Virus record (IMG/VR): IMGVR_UViG_3300032270_001767
Coordinates: 1-29,764 of that record
Direction: 5' to 3' (one strand)
DNA from: a virus
Lineage: Duplodnaviria; Caudoviricetes
Length of the DNA stretch: 29,764 nucleotides
In this document: piece by piece, positions 8,454 through 17,535 of the stretch
Layout of the letters: every line of letters starts with the position of its first letter
Position numbering within the stretch: the first letter of the stretch is position 1
Position numbers and translations under genes: made by a program
Notes under the pieces: generated by a model
Told to the model about the DNA's origin: nothing
What the model saw: the letters and a program-made list of their open reading frames with translations, nothing else
Database searches by the model: none

Positions 8454-9355
8454 TGCCAAGTTTTAATATTGGACAAGTTGGTGGGCTTTTTCGCAGCCTT
8501 TCTAAATCTCCTGGTGTAAGTGCGATTAGAAAAGGATTTGATCAACTACCAACCGCAGTAAACCCTTTTAGAGCTGGTAACCCTACTACGTTACTTGGTA
8601 AAACAGGCCAGTTGTTTAATCCGTTAAATCCTCAAAATCTTGTTGGATATCTTGCAGATCCAGTAATTAATAGGTTTCTACCTGAGCCGATGCGTGCCAC
8701 AGCACGTGTTGGAGCCTACACACCTGGCCCTCTTCCAGTTAAATTACTTTCCGCTGGTCTGTACGACATGTTCTTGAACGAACGCAATGCAGGGGTTGGA
8801 GTTGCAGCGGGAACCTTGGAGAAAAATTCACCAGAAGAATATTTTCGCCTACAAGCTTTAAGGAATCGTGAAATACAAAATCAAGAGCGACCCCCTGGTT
8901 CTTTAGCCACACTTGGTGGAAATGAAGTTGCGTGGCGAGGACCTGACTTAGGATGGCAGCGGACTTATTCGGAAGGTGCTAACCCACCTCCTCCTGCCCC
9001 TGGTCTTTTACAGGACCTATCTAGTGGGCGGCAAGCCGGACAAGTGGGATCCAGTGTGATCTCCAATGGGGCCGGTGTCCTTGCAGAAAGACCCGATGTT
9101 ACTAACCGCGCACTCTCTCAAGAAGTACTTAACGCTGCTCAGCAGTTCAGTGCTCCTGCAAACGTTCCTCTTCCTGCCTTCTATGAGGGCCAACAGCAAC
9201 TGGGTAGGAGCATGATGCAGAACGGAACTCTGGTAAGCCAGCTACAGGAACTTGGTGGTGCGCGGGGAATGACTCCCGAGAATCTGAAAACTTGGGCGAC
9301 AGCAAACCCAGCGCTTGCGTACAGAGAACTATTGAAACGAAGAGGCGTCCAATGA
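8453..9355 (+). CDS. Hypothetical protein, probable internal virion protein (300 aa)
   Basis: Translationally coupled on both sides (TAATG, ATGA). G/P/L-rich. Confidence 0.7.
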   Translation: MPSFNIGQVGGLFRSLSKSPGVSAIRKGFDQLPTAVNPFRAGNPTTLLGKTGQLFNPLNPQNLVGYLADPVINRFLPEPMRATARVGAYTPGPLPVKLLSAGLYDMFLNERNAGVGVAAGTLEKNSPEEYFRLQALRNREIQNQERPPGSLATLGGNEVAWRGPDLGWQRTYSEGANPPPPAPGLLQDLSSGRQAGQVGSSVISNGAGVLAERPDVTNRALSQEVLNAAQQFSAPANVPLPAFYEGQQQLGRSMMQNGTLVSQLQELGGARGMTPENLKTWATANPALAYRELLKRRGVQ

Positions 9356-10047
9356 GTGAACGTCAGCTTTTAGAAAAGTTTCGTCAAACACCAGAGGGCC
9401 AACGCCTTCTGAAAACCATCCGATTTGCGGAAGGTACTTCTGGTCCCAAGGGTTACCAAACCATGTTTGGGGGCGGAACGTTTAATGATCTAAGTCGCCA
9501 CCCCGATCGTGTAGTACACGGCAATGGGTATTCAAGTGCTGCTGCAGGTGCCTATCAGTTTCTTCCTGGAACTTGGCAAACCCAATCTTCCCGTCTCGGG
9601 TTGAAAGGTTTCGGTCCAGCGGAGCAAGACGTTGCTGCTTTAGCTTTGGCTCGTAACCGCTTGATGGATCTTGGTGGACTTGAAACAGTTCGTAAAGAAG
9701 GTCTTAGTCAACGTGTAGCCGCTGCTTTGTCGCCTGAATGGTCATCATTCCCAACGGAAACTGGACGCAGCTATTACGGGCAACCTGTCAAACCGTTGGC
9801 TGAGCTGCAGAAATATTACGGAGCAGCTCCAGTAACTGCACCTGCTCCAGTAGCTGCCTCTGCTTCTTCATCAGCCGCAACACCACCACCGCCAGTATCG
9901 TCAATACTGTCTTCAATTTTTGGAGGCAATTTTAGCCCAACAGAAGAGAAAAAGTCTTTTGCGCAATCATTTGTTGAGCAAACACTTCAAGGTCTTCTTT
10001 CTTCCAATAGATTGATGCCCGCGCAAACAAACCCCCTCTTCCGTTAA
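9352..10047 (+). CDS. Lambda R-like lysozyme/transglycosylase (GH104) with a C-terminal tail
   Basis: IRFAEGT, GY...FGG..F.DLSRHP, SAAAGAYQFL..TW, F.P.EQD.AA and EWSSFP...YGQP motifs. The ATGA overlap gives start 9352. Confidence 0.9.
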   Translation: MSERQLLEKFRQTPEGQRLLKTIRFAEGTSGPKGYQTMFGGGTFNDLSRHPDRVVHGNGYSSAAAGAYQFLPGTWQTQSSRLGLKGFGPAEQDVAALALARNRLMDLGGLETVRKEGLSQRVAAALSPEWSSFPTETGRSYYGQPVKPLAELQKYYGAAPVTAPAPVAASASSSAATPPPPVSSILSSIFGGNFSPTEEKKSFAQSFVEQTLQGLLSSNRLMPAQTNPLFR

Positions 10048-10049
10048 CC

Positions 10050-10304
10050 ATGGCTTCCTTTGCTGACTACCTAGACACTGGTGCTCTTCCTGGTGAAGTG
10101 CGTCGTTCTTCTTATGGCGACGCCTCACCTCAGTCAACCCTTGAGTACAACCTCCGCAAGAGATTAAAATTTCAGCCAAACTCAGACATGGCTGGAAAAT
10201 ACTTACAAGAGTTTTTAACTCTTCAGGCAAACCCAAATGCATTGGCCGACTCCGCAATGAGATTGCCAGCAGATTTTGTTGCTTTTTCAAAATTTGGCCA
10301 GTAA
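10050..10304 (+). CDS. Hypothetical protein (84 aa)
   Basis: Starts 2 nt after the lysozyme stop and has ordinary codon usage. Confidence 0.7.
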   Translation: MASFADYLDTGALPGEVRRSSYGDASPQSTLEYNLRKRLKFQPNSDMAGKYLQEFLTLQANPNALADSAMRLPADFVAFSKFGQ

Positions 10305-10394
10305 AGGAAATACTGAAAAAGTGTTTATGCCATTAGAATTGGCGTATAAAACACAAGCAGCCTAGCGCAAAAGGCTGAATACCGGAAGAAGTAA

Positions 10395-11174
10395 ATGTCA
10401 TCGACCTCGTCGAACAAGCAGCCCGTATTTATTGACCGCCCGCTATTTGACTCGGTGCGGGTAACCACTCAAATTGTGGGCAGCGCCACAAGCAATACTT
10501 TGTTTGTCCAGGGGGGACAGGCGCCTTCCATCTTGGTAGACATGGATGCCAACCTTGGTGAAGACAACAACAATGGTGGTGTCATTGATTCCATTACAAT
10601 TGCGCGAAATGATAAGTATCGTGATGCCGACTACACCATTGGCTCAGGTACGTCTGGCACGGTGATTTCACTGACCAGTGGTCAGCTAGTCTTTATTCAA
10701 AACACAGGCGTCCTTGGAACTGCTGCTGGTAGTGGCTACGGATATTACACTTACACTGGTGCCACTACGTTGACTGGCGTTAATACCAGTTTAATTTTCT
10801 CGGGTGGTACAAGTAGTGGTTTCACATACAACGGTGTTGCCTATGGTAATCAACCAACTGTAACTTTTGTGTTCTACCACACTCGTGGCACAACTACTCC
10901 TATCCCTGGTTCAGGTGATTACCGTCTGCTGTTCTCCAAGACGGTACCCGCCAATAGTGGTGTTGTTGACTGCAGTGACGTAATGCCGCAACTTGCTGCT
11001 CCCATTGCACAAGCAGGTAATACTAACGGTCTTGGTCCTACGGCGCCTTTACGCAACAAAGGTATTTACCTGGAGCGTGGCGACCGCGTTTACGTTGGTG
11101 TTTTCCCAGACGCTCCAAACATTTCTGGTTATACACCTGGCGCACATGTATATGCACAGGGCGGTTTCTTCTAA
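10395..11174 (+). CDS. Putative tail/structural protein (259 aa)
   Basis: T/G/S-rich, beta-strand composition, C-terminal GIYLERGD...AQGGFF. Confidence 0.6.
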   Translation: MSSTSSNKQPVFIDRPLFDSVRVTTQIVGSATSNTLFVQGGQAPSILVDMDANLGEDNNNGGVIDSITIARNDKYRDADYTIGSGTSGTVISLTSGQLVFIQNTGVLGTAAGSGYGYYTYTGATTLTGVNTSLIFSGGTSSGFTYNGVAYGNQPTVTFVFYHTRGTTTPIPGSGDYRLLFSKTVPANSGVVDCSDVMPQLAAPIAQAGNTNGLGPTAPLRNKGIYLERGDRVYVGVFPDAPNISGYTPGAHVYAQGGFF

Positions 11175-11177
11175 AAC

Positions 11178-12659
11178 ATGGCAAAACGAGGGAGTGATTT
11201 TGGTTCCTTTGGGGCCATGGATATTCCCGATATTGGAAAGATAAAACCAATTACAACGGAATTCTCTAAGGGTTCTGTACCAAACTCAATCCTGCGTATG
11301 GATCGTGAATCCGCCTGGACCAGGTGGAGACGCGGTTACGAGATTGCAACTTCTGTTGGAATACAGCACGCCCTAACGTACCCGTTTCAATATCAAATTC
11401 CGTATCCCACTGGCACTGCACCAACAGAAGGCCGTCAGCCCCTCATCCTTGGCGTTGTACAGGGCTTCCCGACTGCTGGCAAGGAATTCGGCGTACACTG
11501 GACTGGATGCCGCGTAGGGGCCATCCTACGGTTTGATAACGTAGTAGATCGCTTTGGTGTACGAGCAAGCATTGATTCCGTAACGGAAGACGACGAATAT
11601 TGGTACGTAAGACTTGCAGGTAGTTGGAATAGCGCCAACCCATTACCACCTCCTTTATACGTGCCAAATCCCTCTGGGGCACCTCTCAAACCTTTACTTG
11701 GTGAAATACTTGAGGATCGTATTCTTGTTCCTGAAGATTCACCAATAACCAAAGACACATTAAATCCGGCCACCGGTAAACGCTATGGTTTTGTCCAAGC
11801 TATTTTGATTGATGTTGATGGAGATAATGGAATTTTAAAACTACAAAAAACAAGTTCTTTTGAGGCAACACCCGACAATGTTTATGTGACACCAGCAACG
11901 AGGAAGCCTGCTGCAGGCCGTTACTTTACTATCGGAACTCGTTACGCCTGTTCTTGCCAGGACTTTAGCAGGCGTAGTTACGCTTTCATGATGAACCTGG
12001 ACGGCAAAGAGAAACGTCGTTTTCCGTTTACCAAGCCGTCTTTGCTCAAGTATGGTAGACACGAGGTAATCACAGATCAAAATACTGGCACTGTTGACAA
12101 CCGTGCCATGACAAACGCGAATACTAATCGAGACTTAAATCTAACTTCCACGTCAATTGACAACCCTGGCGTATTTAATGATTTTGGCGGACGTTACCTA
12201 AGAAATTTTTCGGCCTCTCGTAAGACGGAAGGTCCCACAACCTTTGTTGATTACACGGCACGTGACAATCAAATCGTTTCGTTTACTGATTACTGGTCCC
12301 CGCTCCTAGATGAGATGCGATATTGCAAACACATTTATGCGCTTCGTTTTGAAGAAGGTATCTTGCCGCCAGAGCCATCTGACTTACCAGTAGAAACAGA
12401 AGAAAGCCTTACGAAATGGGAACAGGATTTAGTTCATGAATCTGCTGTCACCTCTGAACACGTAAATAGAATCCACGCATACAGGGCATTGGCGCTCATG
12501 GATGTACCACCAAAAAACTTTCAGTCGCCGCAAGTTCTACCAATGATGCAAAAGCTGTTGAATGTTCCCACGTCTTTCATTAGGTTGGAAAACTTTAGAA
12601 TGCAAGATAAGACCGGAGCGTTTTACAATCCCAGCGCCGGTGAGTTACCCGCTATTTAA
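11178..12659 (+). CDS. Putative virion protein with a split SWIM-like zinc finger (493 aa)
   Basis: YACSCQDF (C258, C260) and YCKHIYAL (C383, H385). Confidence 0.6.
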   Translation: MAKRGSDFGSFGAMDIPDIGKIKPITTEFSKGSVPNSILRMDRESAWTRWRRGYEIATSVGIQHALTYPFQYQIPYPTGTAPTEGRQPLILGVVQGFPTAGKEFGVHWTGCRVGAILRFDNVVDRFGVRASIDSVTEDDEYWYVRLAGSWNSANPLPPPLYVPNPSGAPLKPLLGEILEDRILVPEDSPITKDTLNPATGKRYGFVQAILIDVDGDNGILKLQKTSSFEATPDNVYVTPATRKPAAGRYFTIGTRYACSCQDFSRRSYAFMMNLDGKEKRRFPFTKPSLLKYGRHEVITDQNTGTVDNRAMTNANTNRDLNLTSTSIDNPGVFNDFGGRYLRNFSASRKTEGPTTFVDYTARDNQIVSFTDYWSPLLDEMRYCKHIYALRFEEGILPPEPSDLPVETEESLTKWEQDLVHESAVTSEHVNRIHAYRALALMDVPPKNFQSPQVLPMMQKLLNVPTSFIRLENFRMQDKTGAFYNPSAGELPAI

Positions 12660-12660
12660 A

Positions 12661-12882
12661 ATGGCTGACTTTGGTGAAGTAATTGAAACGCGTTACGTGC
12701 TTTCAGAGGCACAGTTGGAGGCTAGTAAATTTGGTTTCAGCGAAGTGTTCTACAGCGGAAATCCAACCGTATACTCCCCAGGAGATGTAGTGAATCTTCC
12801 TTATGCAACAGGCGAAACCTCAAGCATGAACGCACTGGGTAATGCCTGGGCAGCATACGCAAGTGGTATCGGCCCAACGTAA
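12661..12882 (+). CDS. Hypothetical protein (73 aa, MADFGEVIETRY...)
   Basis: ATG 12661 lies 1 nt after the previous stop. The longer track start would overlap the upstream gene. Confidence 0.7.
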   Translation: MADFGEVIETRYVLSEAQLEASKFGFSEVFYSGNPTVYSPGDVVNLPYATGETSSMNALGNAWAAYASGIGPT

Positions 12883-12911
12883 AAAGCGGTCCCTTTCACA
12901 GGACCGCTCTT
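12881..12911. terminator. Probable bidirectional terminator between convergent genes
   Basis: AAAA-AGCGGTCC-CTTTCACA-GGACCGCT-CTT. The A run gives a U tail on the minus strand. Confidence 0.75.
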
Positions 12912-12930
12912 GACCCATAACAGGTTTAGC

Positions 12931-13140
12931 TTATGAAGCTACAGCCATTTTGTCAAGGACCTTTTTAATTGCCTTTACGTTCCAGCGGAAGCTGTCGCGT
13001 GAACGTGTTTCAGGGAATGCTGCGTAATGGGGACCAAGCCGGAGGGTTCCATTATCACGAAATTTGTACAGAGTTTTCTTGTCGATGCCAAGAAGCTCTT
13101 CAATGCGGTACGCTGGAACCCAGCCGGGATGGCTTGCCAT
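12931..13140 (-). CDS. Excisionase/MerR-like HTH DNA-binding protein (69 aa)
   Basis: WVPAYRIEELLGIDKKTLYKFRDNG.L..G.HY...RWN pattern. ATG 13140 lies downstream of a sigma70-like promoter. Confidence 0.75.
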   Translation of the reverse strand: MASHPGWVPAYRIEELLGIDKKTLYKFRDNGTLRLGPHYAAFPETRSRDSFRWNVKAIKKVLDKMAVAS

Positions 13141-13166
13141 GACTTGTATAGTCTGTGTGCATACCC

Positions 13167-13194
13167 AATTTACCCGTACCCAGCTTCCTGTCAA
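13167..13194 (-). promoter_or_regulatory. Sigma70-type promoter of the HTH gene
   Basis: TTGACA (13194-13189), 16-nt spacer, TAAATT (13172-13167). Confidence 0.6.
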
Positions 13195-13268
13195 TCCTTT
13201 TTTTGTTAGCTTTTGCAACAAAAAGAATTCATGTTGCCAACTTAGAATAAGTTAACAGCTAATTGAGT

Positions 13269-13631
13269 ATGTTCTGCAGCGAACACGAGCCGCTCGCATT
13301 GCTTCTTGAACTAACTCCCAAACTAGCCAAAAAACGTTTTAGACAATCTATCTACGAAGCCTGGGACAACTCCTGTGGATATTGTGGAGAAAAAGCCACA
13401 AGTTTGGATCACATTGTGCCCAGGTTTAAATCTGGTTCCAGTAATAGGAACAATCTTCTTCCGTGTTGCAGGCGTTGCAATGAATCTAAAGCTAGTAGAA
13501 AAATGGAAGAATGGTATAGCAAACAAGATTTTTTTACACAAGCTAGGATAGACAATATACATGTATGGATGTCCAGAGAGGCAGTCGACCTTTTTGTATA
13601 TCAAGTAACTCCTTTACAGCTGGCAATTTGA
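13269..13631 (+). CDS. HNH endonuclease (McrA/HNH_5-like)
   Basis: CGYCG...SLDHIVPRFKSG...NLLPCCRRCNESK. ATG 13269 preferred over TTG 13263. Confidence 0.9.
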   Translation: MFCSEHEPLALLLELTPKLAKKRFRQSIYEAWDNSCGYCGEKATSLDHIVPRFKSGSSNRNNLLPCCRRCNESKASRKMEEWYSKQDFFTQARIDNIHVWMSREAVDLFVYQVTPLQLAI

Positions 13632-13632
13632 T

Positions 13633-16356
13633 ATGGGAATTTCATATGATCCTCCTTCTAGGAAATGGAATATTAACTATGAAAAGACAGATTATTCAAC
13701 CACTAATCCTACAGATTTAAAAACTGACGCGCCTACTAATTTGGCGACAAATAATCCTACAAATTTAACCAAAACCAACTATAGCTCAAGATTAGTTAGC
13801 AAGCCTGTTCAAACATTAAAATCAGAATTTGTAAACGGCCAATTCACGTCAAGGTGGGTAACAGAATTTCAATCCGTATGGGAACCCTACACCGAAACAG
13901 TTATTGATTACGCAACAAATTCTTATAACGATCAATTAAATAAACAAAATGCCGCTTTAAATGAGAAAAATGAAAATGCAAATAAAATCAATGCGGCAAC
14001 AAATGCAACTAATGTAAAAACAAATGAACTGAGTCTTAAAACAAATACAGAAAACACGGCAAAAAACGCAGCGTACGACAAAACTTATCAGGCGGCAACC
14101 ACGGCTAAAGGTGGAGACTATACAACGCAAAGGGAATTAATTCGTTCATTGTCAGGCATCAGTGACACTCTAAAATCTACTCTGGAGAATCAATTCAAAG
14201 CTGCTTATTCAAACGAGAAAATTGAATCCTGGGACGGAGAGAAACTAGGAGCCAAGCCAGCGTACGGCACGTTTGACCCTACATATTACAAAAATCAAAA
14301 CCCCGCTGCCAAGGCACAATGGGATGCTGCCGTAGCTAACGATGATATTGACGTCACTCAACGTTATGGAGAGCCGGGGTTTTATTTACAACATTACACA
14401 ACTCAAGGAAAACCAGCCGGAGTACGCGGTAATGCAACGGAAGCAACATCAGCAGCTTCTTCTTATGTAGAGAAAAAACCAACTGATGCAGAAATACAAC
14501 AAGTAAGAAGCCTACAGCTAGGCATAGACGAAAAAGGCACAACAGATCGTTTGTTAAGGATACCCGAAATTGCAAATGCCTGGGAAGAAGCAAAAGGAGG
14601 AGATACTTACTGGGCGGATTTAGCAAAAAAATATTACCTAAATGTAACAAAGAAGGATGATTTTGCAGCATTGTTTCGTCTTTCGGAAAGGCCAGAAGAC
14701 AAACAAGTCTCTCTTAACTACAACGTAAATGCCGGATATGGTATCACGGAATTAGAGGACGCACTTAATCAAGCCGTTGGCACACAAGCAGAAACAGACG
14801 TTAAACGTTTTGGCGCTTTAACGCAAAGTGTATTAAAGGATACAATTGCCGAAATTACCAAGGCAAAACAAAAAGAGCAAACGCTTAGCTTGTTGAGCGG
14901 TTTTGGAGGGTTTGGTGAAATCATGGATATCAACCAAACACTATCTGATTCGCTTCTTGGTGACAGTGGTGTTGGCGGCGTTCTTTCATTTATCGGTGGA
15001 GGCAATGCCGAAAAGTCTTTACTGAAAGGTCTACAAGGAGTTACTGGCGTTCAAAACAATGTTACTTATAACTGGCAACAATGGTTTGATACTTCACTAA
15101 AAGAAAAATATTCAAAAGCCCAAGAGGTCGAGTTTTCTACTGGAGAGACCAATGAAAAAATAAACATTGATGCAGATTTTGCACGTAATTTTATTGAGAA
15201 ATATTTGCAACCTCGTTTTGATGGCTCAAAATCAATGAACGAATTTGTTGAATACCTTGATGTGCGCCAGGCAGAACAGAACCCCTTCCAAACACAAGAC
15301 CTTGTTAATGCTACAAAACTGATTGCTGATCTACGCTCTAAACAATATTTGGACCAGGTTTCCAAAACGCCTGATCAATACTTTAATTCTGATTTTTACT
15401 TTAGCCCTACGGGTAATACAGGTAAAGCGGATACCTACACCAAGCAAACTAATACTGTTACTGCTGACTGGGAGGCTGCCAAGGGAGGTGACCCTTATTG
15501 GGCACAACAAGCATATCGCTTTGGTATTGATTTAAACAATAAAGAACAATTTGCACGTATGCACTTCCAAGTAAAAGGTCAAGGCCTTGGTTATGACCCA
15601 GCGGAAGATACGTTGTCTGCTTCAAAAGTAACAAATGAAATTTACAACAATATTCTTCCCGCTTTAAAAGCAGAAGCATTAAAGCAAGGTTCAATCTTTG
15701 GTCAGTTTATTACTCCTGATGAGTTTGCGGATCAAGCATTAGCGGGAATAGACCTAACCGATAAAGCCTCCTGGAGCGAAGCATTGAAAGAATTTGGATT
15801 AGATAATTTTACTGGAACAATAGATGACCTAAGGGAATACATTAAAGAAACTTTGCAGAGCGGAACAGCAACAGAAATTCGCGCTCAAATCAAAAAATTA
15901 AATGAAAAAAATAAAACACCCACGCAAAAAGAACTTGGGCTTACGTACATTGAGCGCCCAACGGATTTTACGAACCAAGCCATTAAACCAGAAACAGAAC
16001 TATACAAAACATTTCAAAGCGCAGGTTTTAAAGGGACCGAGGATGAATTCTATACAAAATTCTTCCCAGACCTTGATCGTTCAGAGCAAACACTGTTAAC
16101 AAAAGCTGGATCAAATGATGCGCTGTCCATGACTAAATTCAACTTCAACGATCCATTCGCTTCCCTTGGAAAAATTGAAGGTTTCTTTGCTGATGATACC
16201 GAAGAATCATCTTCTTCAAAAACAAAGGAAGATGATTCTTCGGATGTGGATAGTTACTTTAAACTAGGATTAGCCGACGAAGAAGATGGCTACCAAAAAT
16301 CAAAATCAGGTAGTCAAATTCTTGGTGAGTTTACCTCTATGTTTAAAGGTTTTTAA
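13633..16356 (+). CDS. Large protein with internal repeats, probable internal virion/ejection protein (907 aa)
   Basis: Long ORF. N/T-rich N-terminal repeats, duplicated WExAKGGDxYW unit, Gly-rich hydrophobic middle, acidic tail. Confidence 0.65.
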   Translation: MGISYDPPSRKWNINYEKTDYSTTNPTDLKTDAPTNLATNNPTNLTKTNYSSRLVSKPVQTLKSEFVNGQFTSRWVTEFQSVWEPYTETVIDYATNSYNDQLNKQNAALNEKNENANKINAATNATNVKTNELSLKTNTENTAKNAAYDKTYQAATTAKGGDYTTQRELIRSLSGISDTLKSTLENQFKAAYSNEKIESWDGEKLGAKPAYGTFDPTYYKNQNPAAKAQWDAAVANDDIDVTQRYGEPGFYLQHYTTQGKPAGVRGNATEATSAASSYVEKKPTDAEIQQVRSLQLGIDEKGTTDRLLRIPEIANAWEEAKGGDTYWADLAKKYYLNVTKKDDFAALFRLSERPEDKQVSLNYNVNAGYGITELEDALNQAVGTQAETDVKRFGALTQSVLKDTIAEITKAKQKEQTLSLLSGFGGFGEIMDINQTLSDSLLGDSGVGGVLSFIGGGNAEKSLLKGLQGVTGVQNNVTYNWQQWFDTSLKEKYSKAQEVEFSTGETNEKINIDADFARNFIEKYLQPRFDGSKSMNEFVEYLDVRQAEQNPFQTQDLVNATKLIADLRSKQYLDQVSKTPDQYFNSDFYFSPTGNTGKADTYTKQTNTVTADWEAAKGGDPYWAQQAYRFGIDLNNKEQFARMHFQVKGQGLGYDPAEDTLSASKVTNEIYNNILPALKAEALKQGSIFGQFITPDEFADQALAGIDLTDKASWSEALKEFGLDNFTGTIDDLREYIKETLQSGTATEIRAQIKKLNEKNKTPTQKELGLTYIERPTDFTNQAIKPETELYKTFQSAGFKGTEDEFYTKFFPDLDRSEQTLLTKAGSNDALSMTKFNFNDPFASLGKIEGFFADDTEESSSSKTKEDDSSDVDSYFKLGLADEEDGYQKSKSGSQILGEFTSMFKGF

Positions 16357-16655
16357 TGTCGAAACAACATAAAAAAGCTGCGTCCGCGGCACGCATTGCA
16401 AAGGAAAAACTGGCTTGCAATAAACCGCAACGTACTCCATCACATAAAACCAAATCGCATGTTGTTAAAGCTTGTGAAAATGGCAAAGAGCAAATTATTC
16501 GTTTTGGTCAGCAAGGAGTACAAGGTGCTGGTAGTAACCCACAAACTGCTAAAGACAAGGCACGTCGCAAATCTTATTACGCACGTCACAATGCTCAAGA
16601 TCCCGACCCAAGCAAGATGTCTGCACGGTACTGGAGCCACCGAGTAAAGTGGTAA
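16356..16655 (+). CDS. Small basic phage protein (99 aa)
   Basis: TAATG coupling. IIRFGQQG...ARRKSYYARH...SARYWS..KW pattern seen in many aquatic phages; function unknown. Confidence 0.8.
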   Translation: MSKQHKKAASAARIAKEKLACNKPQRTPSHKTKSHVVKACENGKEQIIRFGQQGVQGAGSNPQTAKDKARRKSYYARHNAQDPDPSKMSARYWSHRVKW

Positions 16656-16679
16656 AGTACTGAAGTCTTCCTCAATCCC

Positions 16680-16805
16680 ATGGCAAAACCCAAGTCAACA
16701 GCTACCGCCATTGAGTCCAAACCCAAGACCACATCCATTGGGAATGGCTTGCACAGTCGTCCTCGGCGCCGTGGACAAAAACCATACCGCGGGCAAGGCA
16801 AGTAA
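16680..16805 (+). CDS. Small basic protein ending YRGQGK (41 aa), absent from the ORF track
   Basis: Hand translation: MAKPKSTATAIESKPKTTSIGNGLHSRPRRRGQKPYRGQGK*. It fills the gap, and the C-terminus matches a small cyanophage protein family as I recall it. Confidence 0.8.
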   Translation: MAKPKSTATAIESKPKTTSIGNGLHSRPRRRGQKPYRGQGK

Positions 16806-16840
16806 AGTGTGTATATTAGGAGTATGTATTAAGTGCTCCA

Positions 16841-17455
16841 ATGTCGGACTTTTCTTCTGCTATTAATCTTATTCGTAAGTACGAAGGGTTTAACGAAAAG
16901 GCCTACGCAGACCAAGTAACGGGTGCTGAACCTTACACAATAGGATTTGGTACCCAGTTTTATCCGGATGGATCCCCTGTTAAACAGGGACAGTTTTGCA
17001 GCCAAGAAAAGGCGTTGGAATATTTGTTTCATGAGATAACTATTATTGATACTCAACTATCTAAGTTAAATCTGGGTCTTGACAAGTATATGCGTCAGGC
17101 TTTGCTTTCATTTATTCATTCAGTTGGCTGGGATTCTTTTTTGTATAGCAACATTATTGATGCGATCGAACAGGAAAATTTCTGGGCAGCAACGGATGAA
17201 ATTGGCCGATGGATTTTTGATGCTGAGTACCACGCAATTGGCAGCCTGCTAGATCGACGCAGAGAGGAAATTGCTTTGTTCTTGGAAGGCATCGCCAATC
17301 CTCCCTATGGGTCCACTACAATTTTATTGAATGCGTTCCAGGACTTTGTTTCCGCTGACCACCAACGCAACGCAATCTTGGTCCTGGAGAATTCCATCAA
17401 TCCTTACGTGCTAGCAAAATTTGCAAACCAATTTTCTGGCGAGAAAAAATCCTGA
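16841..17455 (+). CDS. Lysozyme (GH24, RrrD/P21-like) with a short C-terminal extension
   Basis: IRKYEG...AYAD...TIGFGT catalytic triad, ALLSF..SVG and L.DRRREE.ALF. Confidence 0.9.
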   Translation: MSDFSSAINLIRKYEGFNEKAYADQVTGAEPYTIGFGTQFYPDGSPVKQGQFCSQEKALEYLFHEITIIDTQLSKLNLGLDKYMRQALLSFIHSVGWDSFLYSNIIDAIEQENFWAATDEIGRWIFDAEYHAIGSLLDRRREEIALFLEGIANPPYGSTTILLNAFQDFVSADHQRNAILVLENSINPYVLAKFANQFSGEKKS

Positions 17456-17535
17456 GTTAAATACCCGCCCACAGAGACAGGCACTCCTCCTGACAGGTAG
17501 GATTAGAATACTTTCATTAACGCAAGCTACGCCGG

